From Tubiluchus corallicola (lineage: Eukaryota; Animalia; Priapulida), in the NCBI GenBank assembly GCA_030141605.1, contig JAQGDQ010002408.1, forward strand, positions 10,752 to 74,751: 64,000 bases of DNA. Reading direction: 5' to 3'. Of this stretch, positions 42,203-53,266 are shown piece by piece. The position numbers and the translations under genes are program-made. The notes under the pieces were generated by a model that ran no database searches, was not told the origin of the DNA, and saw only the letters and a program-made list of their open reading frames with translations. The first letter of the stretch is position 1. Each line of letters starts with the position of its first letter.

Positions 42203-45200
42203 TTATTTTATAATCAGATGTTTTCCTAAGGGGGCTTTATTGCCTATCGTAGTTCTTACATAGTATAATCCTTTTCTTATTTGCAAAGGTGTTTTTACTA
42301 CTATCGTTGTATTATTATTTTGAATCTCTACTACGTTAAGAGGGGTAATAGTTGCATCTGATTCGTTAATAATCTCTACAACTATATTGTCTTCGGTGAT
42401 TTCTTCGGGATATTTTATATATATATCATCTCCCCTTGTAACAGGGTTGGGGTAAACTGTTAGCTCACTATTCATTACTGTAGGTTCACTCATAGTTGCA
42501 GGCCCTGTTATCCCTAATTGATGCACTCCTATATCTATTGTAGCACTTTGAGGAATGAGATTGTTATAATAGTCTTTGTCTGTGTTTCCTTCTATTTTTG
42601 TGCCTGCATTAATTGCCGGAGACTCTGATTTTATTTTATATTTTTGGTCTCCAGTTCCTGTATCCTCGAAAAGAGGGTTTCCAATAATGGGATTAGAATC
42701 TGGAGGAATGTTGGTTGTATCTTTAAGATAGTAGAGGTTATTGTTGAATATATTGTTCTTGCTATTACCTAAATCAAAGTTCGAGTTAACATCTATAGCA
42801 TAAAATATGTTATTGATATACTCTGTATGGTCTGAATACTTTCCACTCCATCCCTTGTGCCATATGTGAGTAACATCGCCTGCTGTTGTGTCAGCGTAGA
42901 TAATATTGTTGTGTATCTTTGTATTGGTTGCATTGCCGGATGTTCTTATAGTATGATTTTTGTTATTCTCAAATATGTTGTATCTTACTATAGTTCCGTC
43001 ATTGAATCCTGTACCAGTACCACCTGTTATTAGAATGCCTGCCCATCCGTTGTCGTGGCTATAGTTGTATTGAAAGATAGTATTTTTCGCTCTATAATCG
43101 CTATCAAATCCTCCTGCATCTACACTGCCATCGATATAGACGGTGTTTTTTGCTTCGTTGTACTGCCACAAAGCACCATCTGTATTGAAACTAAACGAGG
43201 CGTTGCCACTTCCTTTCGTAGAGCAGAAGTTAAATAAGTTTCCTTCTATTAGGGGGTCTTCTGCTACTCTAACAATAAGCCCATTAGCACCTATGTATTC
43301 TATTGTGTTGTTTCTAATAACTACATTGGTACTAGGAACCCAATTAGTATTTACGTCTATAGTTCTTGTACTCCAAGATGATTGGTTGGCTATACCAGTT
43401 CTAGTTACATTGTGGATGTGGCAACCTTCTATCAATAGGTCGTCAAAGTAAGTGGGTACTTTTTTTCCTAAAACTTGTATGAATATCCCTCCGTTGTCCT
43501 TAGATGGTTCTCCATTCATAGAGCCTGCTACATCGTGAACATCAACATTGATTAAGTGTATATGATTTACTGCTCCTATGTCGTGAGCTCCTATATAGAT
43601 ACCTCTTCTAAACTTTGTTTTTTCAGCATTGTTGGTAACTTTGATGTTTCTTACCTCTATGTGTTCTTGGTTGAAAAAATATAGGGTATTTGTAATTTCT
43701 CCTTCTCCATTGATAACGGGCTTTTTTTCTCCTGTCCCATACCTATCAATAACAATAGGGCTTCCTGCACTTCCTGAGCCTTTTATGGCTAACTGTCCAT
43801 TCCATTCGCTTTCATTATTGAACAAAAGTTGTGAGCCTGCTCCGTAGATGTGTGAGTTCACTTTATCTAAGGTTTTCCAGGCAGCTTCTGGACTTAGCCC
43901 ATTGTTGTTGTCATTGCCTGATGCAGCATCTATATAGAAAGACCCTGTAACTGTTACAGGATCCTCGTGCGTTCCTTCTTCCAATACTAAATAAGGTGCA
44001 TTGCCTGTAGGATGCTCTTTAGAAGCAAAGTTTACATACTTGCTATCGTGTCCTGTTAATCTAAATGCAATATCTGTGTTTCCCCCTTCCACTTTCTCAT
44101 TTACATAAGAAGTAACATCAAATTCACAGTAACTAAATTCATTAAATATTACCTCTCCAAGTGCTACGTGTTCAAATCCTGTTGTTGGTCGGTTATTGTA
44201 GGTTAAATCATTCTCTGTCCAATTGGTGGGAGCGCCCTCTATAGTTATAAATTCTGCTGCATTGTTTTCTGTTTTTGTCACATATAGTAGTATTTTTGCC
44301 GATTTGAAAGAGCTGGCTTCTTCTGATAAGTCGTATTTAAGGTATGTTTCTCTGTTGGCAGTAGAAGACTCGTTGTTCAATTTCTTTGCCCTTACAACAG
44401 CTTCTTTGCCTCTTATGGTAGATGCTCCATCTCCTACTTGCACATAAGTATCGTCTGTAGGTTTTAATTTATTGCCTGCTATATTTGGAATTACTGTAAC
44501 ATCAATTGAAAAGGAAAAATTAGTGTGTGTATTGTCGTTTGTTTCAGCTTCTATATCTAATACATAATTGCCAGCTGTGTTATACCTTGCTGTAATTGTA
44601 ATTTCTGTAGATTCTTGTGCTGATACAGTTTTTTCATACTGTATTCCTACTACTTCAGGGGAGCTTGATTGAATGTCGTAAAGACGCAAGGTAGTATATC
44701 CTTTATTTTCTACAATAAAAGTAATATCCCTTGTTTCTTCTTCATACACGATACCTTCAAAGCTAAGTGTGTCTTGATATTTTATTTGTGTATCATTAAA
44801 CAAAAGTGCCTGTTCTGTTGTGCTGTCTATTTGGGTTATAATAAGCTGAGGAGTATTATTACTTTCCTTTGTTGCAATACTTACACTACTGCCATTACCA
44901 GTAGCATTGTAGAGGCAAAATGATACAACACCTATAGTTCCTCCTTTGAGCTTTTCTTTTATGAAGCTTGTTATATCAATTTCGTTGTATGCTCCACTGG
45001 TCAAACCAGTTGTTGATGTTATAGGGGTTTCTTGATAAATAGCTGTATTTGTAGCCAAGTAGGAGGGTTGTGTTTCAAAACTAAGTCCATTTGTACCTGT
45101 TTCGTCCCAAGCATCTTTCATTTCAAACAACAACACCTCGCCTGAGGTTCCGCCTTCAACAAAAAGGTTTAAGATTACGTTTGCTATACTGTCTGATTCT

Positions 45201-45433
45201 ACAGATTGATAACTATTGAGGTCAAAAGCAAAATAGGCTCTTCTAATAAAAGTACCATCTGTAGAATATTTACTTATCATTGTTTGCTCGTTGCCATAGT
45301 TATTGCTTTTATTGCTTCCACCCCTTACATAAGTGTCCTTGATAGCTTCGAAGGTATATTCGTAGCTACTTTTCGAATAAGAAAATTGAAATATGAAGAT
45401 TATTATAACAATACTTAGAATAGATTTTTTCAT
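42203..45433 (-). CDS. T9SS-secreted multidomain glycan enzyme: two DNRLRE/CBM96-like modules, Ig-like domain, right-handed beta-helix, CTD
   Basis: AIKDTYVRGG and PTDDTYVQ repeats; GNDNNNGLSPEAAWKTL; GFDSDY..FQYNYSHDN; TVYPNPV...KGLYYV C-terminus. Confidence 0.8.
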   Translation of the reverse strand: MKKSILSIVIIIFIFQFSYSKSSYEYTFEAIKDTYVRGGSNKSNNYGNEQTMISKYSTDGTFIRRAYFAFDLNSYQSVESDSIANVILNLFVEGGTSGEVLLFEMKDAWDETGTNGLSFETQPSYLATNTAIYQETPITSTTGLTSGAYNEIDITSFIKEKLKGGTIGVVSFCLYNATGNGSSVSIATKESNNTPQLIITQIDSTTEQALLFNDTQIKYQDTLSFEGIVYEEETRDITFIVENKGYTTLRLYDIQSSSPEVVGIQYEKTVSAQESTEITITARYNTAGNYVLDIEAETNDNTHTNFSFSIDVTVIPNIAGNKLKPTDDTYVQVGDGASTIRGKEAVVRAKKLNNESSTANRETYLKYDLSEEASSFKSAKILLYVTKTENNAAEFITIEGAPTNWTENDLTYNNRPTTGFEHVALGEVIFNEFSYCEFDVTSYVNEKVEGGNTDIAFRLTGHDSKYVNFASKEHPTGNAPYLVLEEGTHEDPVTVTGSFYIDAASGNDNNNGLSPEAAWKTLDKVNSHIYGAGSQLLFNNESEWNGQLAIKGSGSAGSPIVIDRYGTGEKKPVINGEGEITNTLYFFNQEHIEVRNIKVTNNAEKTKFRRGIYIGAHDIGAVNHIHLINVDVHDVAGSMNGEPSKDNGGIFIQVLGKKVPTYFDDLLIEGCHIHNVTRTGIANQSSWSTRTIDVNTNWVPSTNVVIRNNTIEYIGANGLIVRVAEDPLIEGNLFNFCSTKGSGNASFSFNTDGALWQYNEAKNTVYIDGSVDAGGFDSDYRAKNTIFQYNYSHDNGWAGILITGGTGTGFNDGTIVRYNIFENNKNHTIRTSGNATNTKIHNNIIYADTTAGDVTHIWHKGWSGKYSDHTEYINNIFYAIDVNSNFDLGNSKNNIFNNNLYYLKDTTNIPPDSNPIIGNPLFEDTGTGDQKYKIKSESPAINAGTKIEGNTDKDYYNNLIPQSATIDIGVHQLGITGPATMSEPTVMNSELTVYPNPVTRGDDIYIKYPEEITEDNIVVEIINESDATITPLNVVEIQNNNTTIVVKTPLQIRKGLYYVRTTIGNKAPLGKHLIIK

Positions 45434-45469
45434 AGTTTTTTAATTTTAATTAATAATTAAGGTTGGTTT

Positions 45470-47041
45470 TTAAGGAATATTCGGTATTCTGTAATCAAAA
45501 TTAGACGTGCCGTCTACATTTAATAATTCCAATTTGTCAAAGTGGACTCTATGTCTTGCTGCCGTGCCGTCTTGATAAAAGTATATTGCAATACAATCTA
45601 AATCTGTTCTTTCAGAAGGTTTGGTGTTACTTCCATCTGCATTTACCCACTCGCCACTATCGTCAGAAAAGTCAAACTCTAAATCAAACCATTGATCATT
45701 TTCATCCCATTTTTTTTCTACATATATTTCATCATCCCACACATCTCCAATATTATCACCCCTATTTTGCAACACCAATCTTACTCTGTGAGGAGGATCT
45801 TCTCCAGTTCCTTCATTGGAATCTTTCCTAAAGGCATGAACTAATAATTTAAATTTGTTTTGATATTTCAAATTTAGTTTTCCTCCAAAAGGCTCAAGTA
45901 ATGAGTGTCCATATAATTTAAAAAGTAGAGCATTTGGACCACCTTGAGAAGGTGTTGTTATCCTTACACATTTATCATCATTAGGATCGTAGCGAGGTAT
46001 ACCTTTGTCATCAAGGCTTCTATCAGTAAACATAGCACCACTACCACTAAGTACTCCCTCTATTACACCTAAAATACCATCACTATTCGTTGTTCTATTT
46101 ATATCGAAAGGAGCAACATTTTCCGGCTCTGCCCAATGTGCATAGAAACCTAGTGGTACATAAGTAATGTTTATATTTAATGGATCATCAATGGAGAATT
46201 CAATGGACTCTTCGTTTGAGCCAAAAGCGTTTATTGTTATGTCATAATCTCCATCTTCTTTGTATAAATGAGTAATAGTTATTGAGTCTTCTGAGTCATC
46301 TACTATTTCTGTACCGCTATCATCTCTCCAGTCTATTTCATAACGAACAACATAATCTCCCTTAAGTGTAAGTGTAGCAATTCCTGCTTCGTTAGATACA
46401 GCAGAGGCAAAAAGGTTTTTTGGAGTATCTTTTATTTCTTCTATTTTAATAGAGACAGTTGTGTCTACATTACCTTCACGTCCATGGGCTGTTATTTTTG
46501 CTGTATATGTTCCTGCATTTGCATAGATGTGTTTAACTACTGTTGGGTCTGCTATTTCAGTAATAGAGGTGTCCTCTTCATCGCCAAAGTCTATGTGGTA
46601 CGAAACTACATAGTTTCCTGTAAGTGTAAATTTAACTCCTCCTGTTTCTGCCACCTCTGTTTCTACTTTCACATCTTCGGGAGTGCCTATGGTTACATCT
46701 ATTGCTGTGCGGGCAGTGTCTTTGGTGCGAGGGCCATAGCCTATTAACATAGCTTCATAAGCGATGTTTTTTAAATCGCTGTAAGTAAATTCTAACTCTT
46801 CGCCTTCGGAGGTTTCTTCTGTGCTTTCTGCATCACCAAAATATAGTTTGTAAAGATGGATATTCTCACCACCAAAGCTAAAAACTACTTGACCTGTTTC
46901 TTCATCTATTGTTGTTGCAAACTTAGTAATGTTAGGCTCACCGGGGTTGGGTGGATTGGTAAAGTCGTCTTCTTTTTCACAACTTAAAATAAGTGTAACA
47001 AATAGACTGCATAATGATAAATACAATTTTATACTTTTCAT
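45470..47041 (-). CDS. Surface glycan-binding lipoprotein (SusE/F-like position) with PKD-like repeats and a C-terminal CBM-like domain
   Basis: Lipobox ILSC; three repeats with Y.L.FGD / YHIDFGD / YEIDWRD..HxY...G.Y; located downstream of susD. Confidence 0.65.
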   Translation of the reverse strand: MKSIKLYLSLCSLFVTLILSCEKEDDFTNPPNPGEPNITKFATTIDEETGQVVFSFGGENIHLYKLYFGDAESTEETSEGEELEFTYSDLKNIAYEAMLIGYGPRTKDTARTAIDVTIGTPEDVKVETEVAETGGVKFTLTGNYVVSYHIDFGDEEDTSITEIADPTVVKHIYANAGTYTAKITAHGREGNVDTTVSIKIEEIKDTPKNLFASAVSNEAGIATLTLKGDYVVRYEIDWRDDSGTEIVDDSEDSITITHLYKEDGDYDITINAFGSNEESIEFSIDDPLNINITYVPLGFYAHWAEPENVAPFDINRTTNSDGILGVIEGVLSGSGAMFTDRSLDDKGIPRYDPNDDKCVRITTPSQGGPNALLFKLYGHSLLEPFGGKLNLKYQNKFKLLVHAFRKDSNEGTGEDPPHRVRLVLQNRGDNIGDVWDDEIYVEKKWDENDQWFDLEFDFSDDSGEWVNADGSNTKPSERTDLDCIAIYFYQDGTAARHRVHFDKLELLNVDGTSNFDYRIPNIP

Positions 47042-47073
47042 AATTCTTTATTTTTTTGTTTCTATATAAACAT

Positions 47074-48669
47074 TTATTGCTTTTTCTTTTCAAAAGCACC
47101 TATGTCAATAACATCAACAGGCACAGTGTTACCTGCATAATCTTTTAGCACATTGTCTGGTATTTCCTTCCCTGCATCAATAGCGGGTGAGCCTTCGTTT
47201 AGTTGAAATCTAAATGCTCCTTCTAAACCAAAGCCAAAGCTAAATAAAGGGTCTTCTTGTATATTGTCATTGCCTGTGGGTATCTCAGTGCCTCCTCCAT
47301 TTTCGTAGTAAAATATATTATTGTCAAATGTATTGTTAGTGCTATTACCTTCATTGTTAAAGAGGTCGCAAGCCACTTCTGAGTAAAAAATATTGTTGTA
47401 ATATTCTGTATTGTCAGAAGTTCCACTCCAACTTTTATGATAAACCATTCCTAAGTCCATCTTATCTTCTAAAGTAGCATCCGTATAAAACACATTATTA
47501 TGTATAAGAGTGTTAGTAGCCAATCCTGATGTGCGAACAATGTGGGCTTTGTTATTAGCAAATACATTGTATCTGACGATAGTTCCATCATTAAATGGTG
47601 CGGTAGTAAGGTTGGAGGGTCCACCCGTTATAAGTATGCCCCCGTGTTCGTTATCGTGAGAGTAGTTGTATTGAAAGATAGTTCCTTTTGAGCGATAATC
47701 ACTATCGAACCCACCAGCATCTACATCTTCGCCCGTATTGTGTGTAAAGCGAGCTTCATTGTATTGCCAAAGGGCGTCGTCTGTGTTGAACGAAAAGCTG
47801 GCATTGCCTGTGGTAAACAAACCACAACTATCGAACAGATTGTTTTCTATCAGAGGAGATTTCGCAACTCTTAGTATCAGTCCGTTGCCTCCTATTTTTT
47901 CAAAGCGATTGCCGCGTATTACTACATTAAGGCTAGGTGTCCAATCACCATCATCGGTAAAGGTTCTGCTCGACCAAGAGGATTTATTGGTCATACCCGA
48001 TTGCTCTACATTGTGTATGTGGCAGTCTTCTACGACCAAACCATTAAAATAAGTGGGTTTCTCGCTTCCTTTTATTTCAATGAGTATACCTCCGTTTTCT
48101 TTGCCTGCGTTGAAGTCATCGCCAGAAACTCCGTAAAAACCATTTACATCATATATTTCCAAGCCTTTTAGGTGAATATGATTAACTTCTCCCATATCCT
48201 CTGCTATAATGTGAACTCCTACTCTCAACACACCTTTTTCTGCTCTTTCTTCTCCTTTGTTGGTAATCCTTAAATTTTTCAATTCAAAATACTCAATGTC
48301 TTGTAGCCTAACAGTAAAGGGATGTCTGCCGTTACCATTTAAGAGGGGTTTTTCACCTTCTCCATACATATCTATCACAATGGGGTTGTCTTTTTCTCCT
48401 TTTCCTTTTGGGGCAATAACTCCATCCCAAACTCCTCCTGCTTTTAGCAATATTTTATCCCCCGGCTGAAAAGTAAGCCTATTCATATTTGTTATTGTTT
48501 TCCACGCTTTTTCGGGAGATTCTCCTGTGTTATTATTATCTCCGTTTACATTATCTATATAATATGTTCCTTCTTTATTATTGACTGGTGGCATACTGTT
48601 CCCTTCACTGTCTTTTTTACAAGAAGCGAATAAAAGGACACTTGCTACTATAAATGCTGTTCTTCTCAT
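47074..48669 (-). CDS. Right-handed beta-helix lipoprotein (putative lyase/hydrolase)
   Basis: Lipobox FASC; YYID..NGDNNNTGESPEKAWKT; DAGGFDSDY..FQYNYSHDN; paralog of the catalytic domain of 42203-45433. Confidence 0.8.
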   Translation of the reverse strand: MRRTAFIVASVLLFASCKKDSEGNSMPPVNNKEGTYYIDNVNGDNNNTGESPEKAWKTITNMNRLTFQPGDKILLKAGGVWDGVIAPKGKGEKDNPIVIDMYGEGEKPLLNGNGRHPFTVRLQDIEYFELKNLRITNKGEERAEKGVLRVGVHIIAEDMGEVNHIHLKGLEIYDVNGFYGVSGDDFNAGKENGGILIEIKGSEKPTYFNGLVVEDCHIHNVEQSGMTNKSSWSSRTFTDDGDWTPSLNVVIRGNRFEKIGGNGLILRVAKSPLIENNLFDSCGLFTTGNASFSFNTDDALWQYNEARFTHNTGEDVDAGGFDSDYRSKGTIFQYNYSHDNEHGGILITGGPSNLTTAPFNDGTIVRYNVFANNKAHIVRTSGLATNTLIHNNVFYTDATLEDKMDLGMVYHKSWSGTSDNTEYYNNIFYSEVACDLFNNEGNSTNNTFDNNIFYYENGGGTEIPTGNDNIQEDPLFSFGFGLEGAFRFQLNEGSPAIDAGKEIPDNVLKDYAGNTVPVDVIDIGAFEKKKQ

Positions 48670-48693
48670 AATTTATATTGTTTGTTGTTTATG

Positions 48694-50241
48694 TTAATAA
48701 CCTGGATTTTGAGGAAATTCTCTCATTAGCTTTATTTGCGAGTCGTGTATAGGCCATCTTACATTGTAGTTTTGTATGAAATCTCTACCCTCATCATTGT
48801 CCCCCTCATTCCCTGCATAGTTTCTTACTTGCTCTAATAGTTTCTCTATTCTTTTCAGGAAGAACCATCTTTGTCCTTCAAAAGCTAACTCTCTGGCTCT
48901 CTCATCCATTATATCCTGCTCTGTTACTGTTTCCAAATCACTTATCCCTGCTCTTGTTCTCACTTTGTTAATGTGTTCTACTGCCTTGTCGTTATTGTTA
49001 TTCCTCATATAAGCTTCTGCGGCTATTAAGTGTGTTTCTGCCAGTCTATATACAATTATATCGCTAAACCCTTCTCGTTTATCATCAGGTCCTGCAGGGT
49101 CATAATTTTTCCACAAACTTATAGCGGCCCTCCTACTATTAATAGGATTTTCGTTTAAACTTATTTTTAGGGTATCCCCTAAATCTGTATTGTTAGGTAA
49201 GTTATTGGGGTCATTGTAGATGAAAAAGTTTCTATAATAGTCATTGTATCTCTTATCGTTTGTTTGGTCATACAATCCTAATAGATAGTTATTGGGTATT
49301 GCCCATCCAAGACAGTTTCCACCTTGTGATACATCGTGTATTATTCCATCTCTTTCATAGTAGCGGGTTACAAAAATATAGAATAAATTGTGTTTATCAC
49401 CTCCACCTCCTATTTCTTTTCTTGCAAAGTCAAATTGCTGAACATAAATTGCTTCATCATGATTTCTTATTCCTGTATGTTTGCCAAATACGATATCTGT
49501 ATCAAGCAACTGAAAATTACCACTATTTACAATTGCTTCGCAGTGTTCTATTGCAGTATCCCAGTCTTCTTGCCACATAGCTGCTTTGGCTCTTATGTGC
49601 CTTGCTGATGCTTGGGTGTATCTACCCGGTAAGTCTGTCCATTCTAAGTGTTCTATGGCAAAGCCTAAATCGTTGTTAATCAAATCAAAAACATCCTCGG
49701 CCAGAGCAGGACTATATACAATAGTAGTATCTAGTGCTGATTCTGGTGAGGTAGGTTCAGTGGTTAAGTATATGTTGTCGAAAAGACGTATTAAAGTGAA
49801 ATAAGCTTGTGCTCTATGGCATTTAGCTTCTGCTAATATTTGGTTTCTTTCTTCTTCGCTCATATCCACATTAGGAGCAGCTTTGATAATGGCATTAGCT
49901 CTCTCTATAATTCTATAACCTAACTTCCAAAGAGATTCAGCTGCCCCTAGTCTTACTGGATTAAATCTTTCAGGGTCATAATAGCGTTCTCTTGGATATC
50001 CTGTTCTTGGAGATGCAAGGTCTGTTATAACCCATAGTAGAGTGTGATCTTTAGACTCGTTTGAACTCATAATACTTCTTTCTCTGTTGTATAGAGCTAC
50101 AACATTAGTTTTTAAACCCGCAAGTGTATTATAAACAAAGCTGTTGTCTACTTCGGTAGGGTTGGTTTCTTCCAACCATTTTTTACAGCTACTCGATGAG
50201 AAAATGAGTATTATACAATATATAAATATTTTATTTTTCAT
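48694..50241 (-). CDS. SusD/RagB-family lipoprotein
   Basis: Lipobox SSSC, YRLAETHL, ERARELAFEGQRW, QNPGY. Confidence 0.95.
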   Translation of the reverse strand: MKNKIFIYCIILIFSSSSCKKWLEETNPTEVDNSFVYNTLAGLKTNVVALYNRERSIMSSNESKDHTLLWVITDLASPRTGYPRERYYDPERFNPVRLGAAESLWKLGYRIIERANAIIKAAPNVDMSEEERNQILAEAKCHRAQAYFTLIRLFDNIYLTTEPTSPESALDTTIVYSPALAEDVFDLINNDLGFAIEHLEWTDLPGRYTQASARHIRAKAAMWQEDWDTAIEHCEAIVNSGNFQLLDTDIVFGKHTGIRNHDEAIYVQQFDFARKEIGGGGDKHNLFYIFVTRYYERDGIIHDVSQGGNCLGWAIPNNYLLGLYDQTNDKRYNDYYRNFFIYNDPNNLPNNTDLGDTLKISLNENPINSRRAAISLWKNYDPAGPDDKREGFSDIIVYRLAETHLIAAEAYMRNNNNDKAVEHINKVRTRAGISDLETVTEQDIMDERARELAFEGQRWFFLKRIEKLLEQVRNYAGNEGDNDEGRDFIQNYNVRWPIHDSQIKLMREFPQNPGY

Positions 50242-50259
50242 TTTTTATAGTGTTTTATT

Positions 50260-53247
50260 TTATAAGAAAGTAAGTCTTATACCAAAGTTGTAGGTAAATG
50301 CTTCTGGATAGCTACTGGGGTCTTTCTCAGGACTGTACGATTGGTAGTTCATCCAGGTAAATGGGTTGGTTACTGAGGTATATACTCTAAGATTTTTAAT
50401 TCTATAAGGATTCAACCACTTTTCTGGAAAGGTATAGCCCAATACCATCGATCTTAATCTAACGTAAGATGAGTTTTCATAGGCACTAATTCTTATGTTA
50501 GGGTCTGACGCTTTGTCAGAAGGTCTTGGTGCTGTGTTGGAGGGGTTTTCAGGTGTCCAATAGTCTCTTTTTATACCGTTTTGCTGCCCTCTTAAATCAC
50601 CTCCAAGAGTATGTTGGTGTAAATATGGGTTTACTCTTGTTAGATTTTGAACAGTATAGAGTTCAGCTGAAAAATCAAGATTCTTGTAATTTACATTAAG
50701 CACCAGAGAGCCTATCCAATCTGGTACTCTACTCATTGCCACCCTATCAGCATCTGTTATTTCTCCGTCTCCATTTACGTCTTTCACTTTAATGTCTCCA
50801 GGTTTTGCTGTGGGCATGTGCGAATTGAGTATATCGTCGTTTTCTTGCCATATTCCATCGAACACAAAATCGTAATAATTGTTAATAGGCTCTCCTACAA
50901 TACGCCATCCTGTGTTTGAATTTCCATTAGGTATTGTGTCTAATGCACCATAGAGCTCTTTTATTTTGTTTCTATTGAGTGTGAAAATTGGCGTAAGTGA
51001 TATGCGAAGGTCTTTGTTGTCTATAATATGTCCTGTTACAGATAACTCTATTCCTTGGTTCTCAACTCTGCCCACGTTCTCTAACATAATGGTATAACCT
51101 GTTACTGCATTGATACTTCTGTTTATCAACAAATCAGTAGTTTGAATATTGTAATACTCAAAACTTCCTTGCACACGTCCCTTTAATAACCCAAAATCAA
51201 TACCCGTATTAAGTGTGGTAGAGGTTTCCCATTTTAAGTTGGGATTGGGTAGTTGATAGTCAGGAGCAAACCCTGATCCCACTTGGTCTCCAAAAACATA
51301 ATAGTATTCGGTAGATGTTCCAAGGCTTTGGTAGGGGCTAATGGCTTCGTTACCTGTCTGTCCGTAACTTATTCTTGTTTTTAATTGGCTTAGCCACAAA
51401 ACGTCTTTCAAAAAATCTTCTTGATGAGCATTCCAGCCTATTGCTGCGGAAGGGAAGTAGCCCCATTTGTTATTAGCTCCAAAAACAGAAGAAGCGTCTG
51501 CTCTTGCTGTAAGTGTTAGTATATACTTGTTGTCATAATTGTATCTTGCTCTGCCCATAAAGGAAACAAGCCTTCTTTGTGTTTCGTTTCTGCTGATGGT
51601 TTGTGTTTCTGCTCCTGCTATACCCTTCCATCCTAATAAGTCGTTGGGAAATCCGAAAGCATTGTTAGTAGTTTGTCCCCAATAACGTTGGTTGATACTA
51701 TGTACACCTGTGAAATCCATATGGTGCTTGTTAATTTTTTTATCGTAAGTAAATATATTTTCTATCAGATATTCACGAGATTCCCCATTGGTATGAGTTG
51801 CTTTACCTCCTACAGACCTTCCACTTTGCTCTAATGAGGACTGATAGTTTCCTGCAGTCTCGTTCCATGTTCTCCAACTAGCATTTAAACGGTATTTTAC
51901 GTCAAATGGCAGCCTTGCATCAAAAAAGATATTGTAAATTCCCTTATGAGAAACAGATTCCCTAATAGTTTCTTCAATATTTATGAAGGGGTTGAAATAA
52001 GTTCCTTCATCTGTTACAAAAGTTAATAAGTTACCATTGTCATCATATTTTTTTGATATGGGAGGGAGAGTAAAAACATTACGGTTAAAAGGTTCTCTTT
52101 CTCTATATCCTATAAAGTAATAGAAATTGGCTCCCATATCTAGCCAGTTATTTACTTTTTGGTCTACATTCAGACGAATGTTGTAGCGGTTGTAATTAGA
52201 ATTGGGTAGTACACCCTCGTTATCGAAATAACCGAAACTGAAAGCCGCTTTGGTTAAATCTGTTCCACCTCTTATACTTATATCGTGCTGTGTAACAAGT
52301 GTGTTTTTCTGCAAATATTCATCTTCCCAGTCAATAAACTGTCCTGATTCTAAAACATCTAACATTAAGGAAGTAAATATGTCTTCGTCGGGTATATATC
52401 CATTATTGTCTGTTCTAAATGCTTCTCTTCTAAATTGAGCATATTCATCTCCATTGTATATGTCAAAGTTTCTTTTTACTGCATTCTGAAAACCTACATA
52501 GGCGTTGTAACTTACTTCTGCCTTTCCTTCTTTTCCTCTTTTTGTAGTGACGAGAATAACACCATTGGAGGCTCTTGCTCCATAAATGGCTTGTGATGAT
52601 GCGTCTTTTAATACTTCTAATGATTCTATATCTCTGGGGTTTATATCGTTGAGGCTACTTACAGGCACTCCATCTAAAATAATAAGAGGGTCGTTGCCGC
52701 CAGATAAGGAGCTTTGTCCTCGGATAAGAATATTGGATGAACCTCCCGGCGAGGCGTTATCAACTGTAACTTGCACCCCTGCTGCTCTTCCTCTAAGCAT
52801 TTCTCCTACGTCGGTAGTGGGTATCTTTTGCATCTCCTCTGCCTCAACAGATGAAATAGCACTTACTATGTTGCTTCTCGACTGTGTTCCGTATCCTACT
52901 ACTACCAGCTCGTCCAATAGTAGGGCATCAGTAGATAAATGCACATTGATTATTATTCTTCCTTCTACGTTTATTTCTTGGGTCTTGTATCCTATGTATG
53001 AGAAAACGAGTACAGGAGACTTTATATTCTCATTTATTCTAATAGTATATGATCCATTTATGTCGGAGATTGTACCTATTGAGGTACCCCTTATGGTTAT
53101 GTTTACTCCCGGTAAAGTTTCATCGTTATTATCTTTGTCAAATACCCTACCTGTAATTGTGTATTGCGAGAAAGTACTTGAAAAACAAAAGAAACTAATG
53201 ATGAAAATATAAAATGCTTTTTTTGCGAATGGTAACATATTGTTCAT
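50260..53247 (-). CDS. SusC/RagA TonB-dependent transporter
   Basis: LDELVVVGYG, VLKDASSQAIYGARASNGVILVTTK, NPNLKWE, terminal aromatic motif. Confidence 0.97.
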   Translation of the reverse strand: MNNMLPFAKKAFYIFIISFFCFSSTFSQYTITGRVFDKDNNDETLPGVNITIRGTSIGTISDINGSYTIRINENIKSPVLVFSYIGYKTQEINVEGRIIINVHLSTDALLLDELVVVGYGTQSRSNIVSAISSVEAEEMQKIPTTDVGEMLRGRAAGVQVTVDNASPGGSSNILIRGQSSLSGGNDPLIILDGVPVSSLNDINPRDIESLEVLKDASSQAIYGARASNGVILVTTKRGKEGKAEVSYNAYVGFQNAVKRNFDIYNGDEYAQFRREAFRTDNNGYIPDEDIFTSLMLDVLESGQFIDWEDEYLQKNTLVTQHDISIRGGTDLTKAAFSFGYFDNEGVLPNSNYNRYNIRLNVDQKVNNWLDMGANFYYFIGYREREPFNRNVFTLPPISKKYDDNGNLLTFVTDEGTYFNPFINIEETIRESVSHKGIYNIFFDARLPFDVKYRLNASWRTWNETAGNYQSSLEQSGRSVGGKATHTNGESREYLIENIFTYDKKINKHHMDFTGVHSINQRYWGQTTNNAFGFPNDLLGWKGIAGAETQTISRNETQRRLVSFMGRARYNYDNKYILTLTARADASSVFGANNKWGYFPSAAIGWNAHQEDFLKDVLWLSQLKTRISYGQTGNEAISPYQSLGTSTEYYYVFGDQVGSGFAPDYQLPNPNLKWETSTTLNTGIDFGLLKGRVQGSFEYYNIQTTDLLINRSINAVTGYTIMLENVGRVENQGIELSVTGHIIDNKDLRISLTPIFTLNRNKIKELYGALDTIPNGNSNTGWRIVGEPINNYYDFVFDGIWQENDDILNSHMPTAKPGDIKVKDVNGDGEITDADRVAMSRVPDWIGSLVLNVNYKNLDFSAELYTVQNLTRVNPYLHQHTLGGDLRGQQNGIKRDYWTPENPSNTAPRPSDKASDPNIRISAYENSSYVRLRSMVLGYTFPEKWLNPYRIKNLRVYTSVTNPFTWMNYQSYSPEKDPSSYPEAFTYNFGIRLTFL

Positions 53248-53266
53248 AAAGTTAGTAAGTTTTTAT

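Noticed and set aside
550-53212. Many short antisense or overlapping ORFs in the track (e.g. 550-1002, 9751-10272, 52586-53212)
   Set aside because: They are shadows on the opposite strand of well-supported genes, with no recognisable motifs
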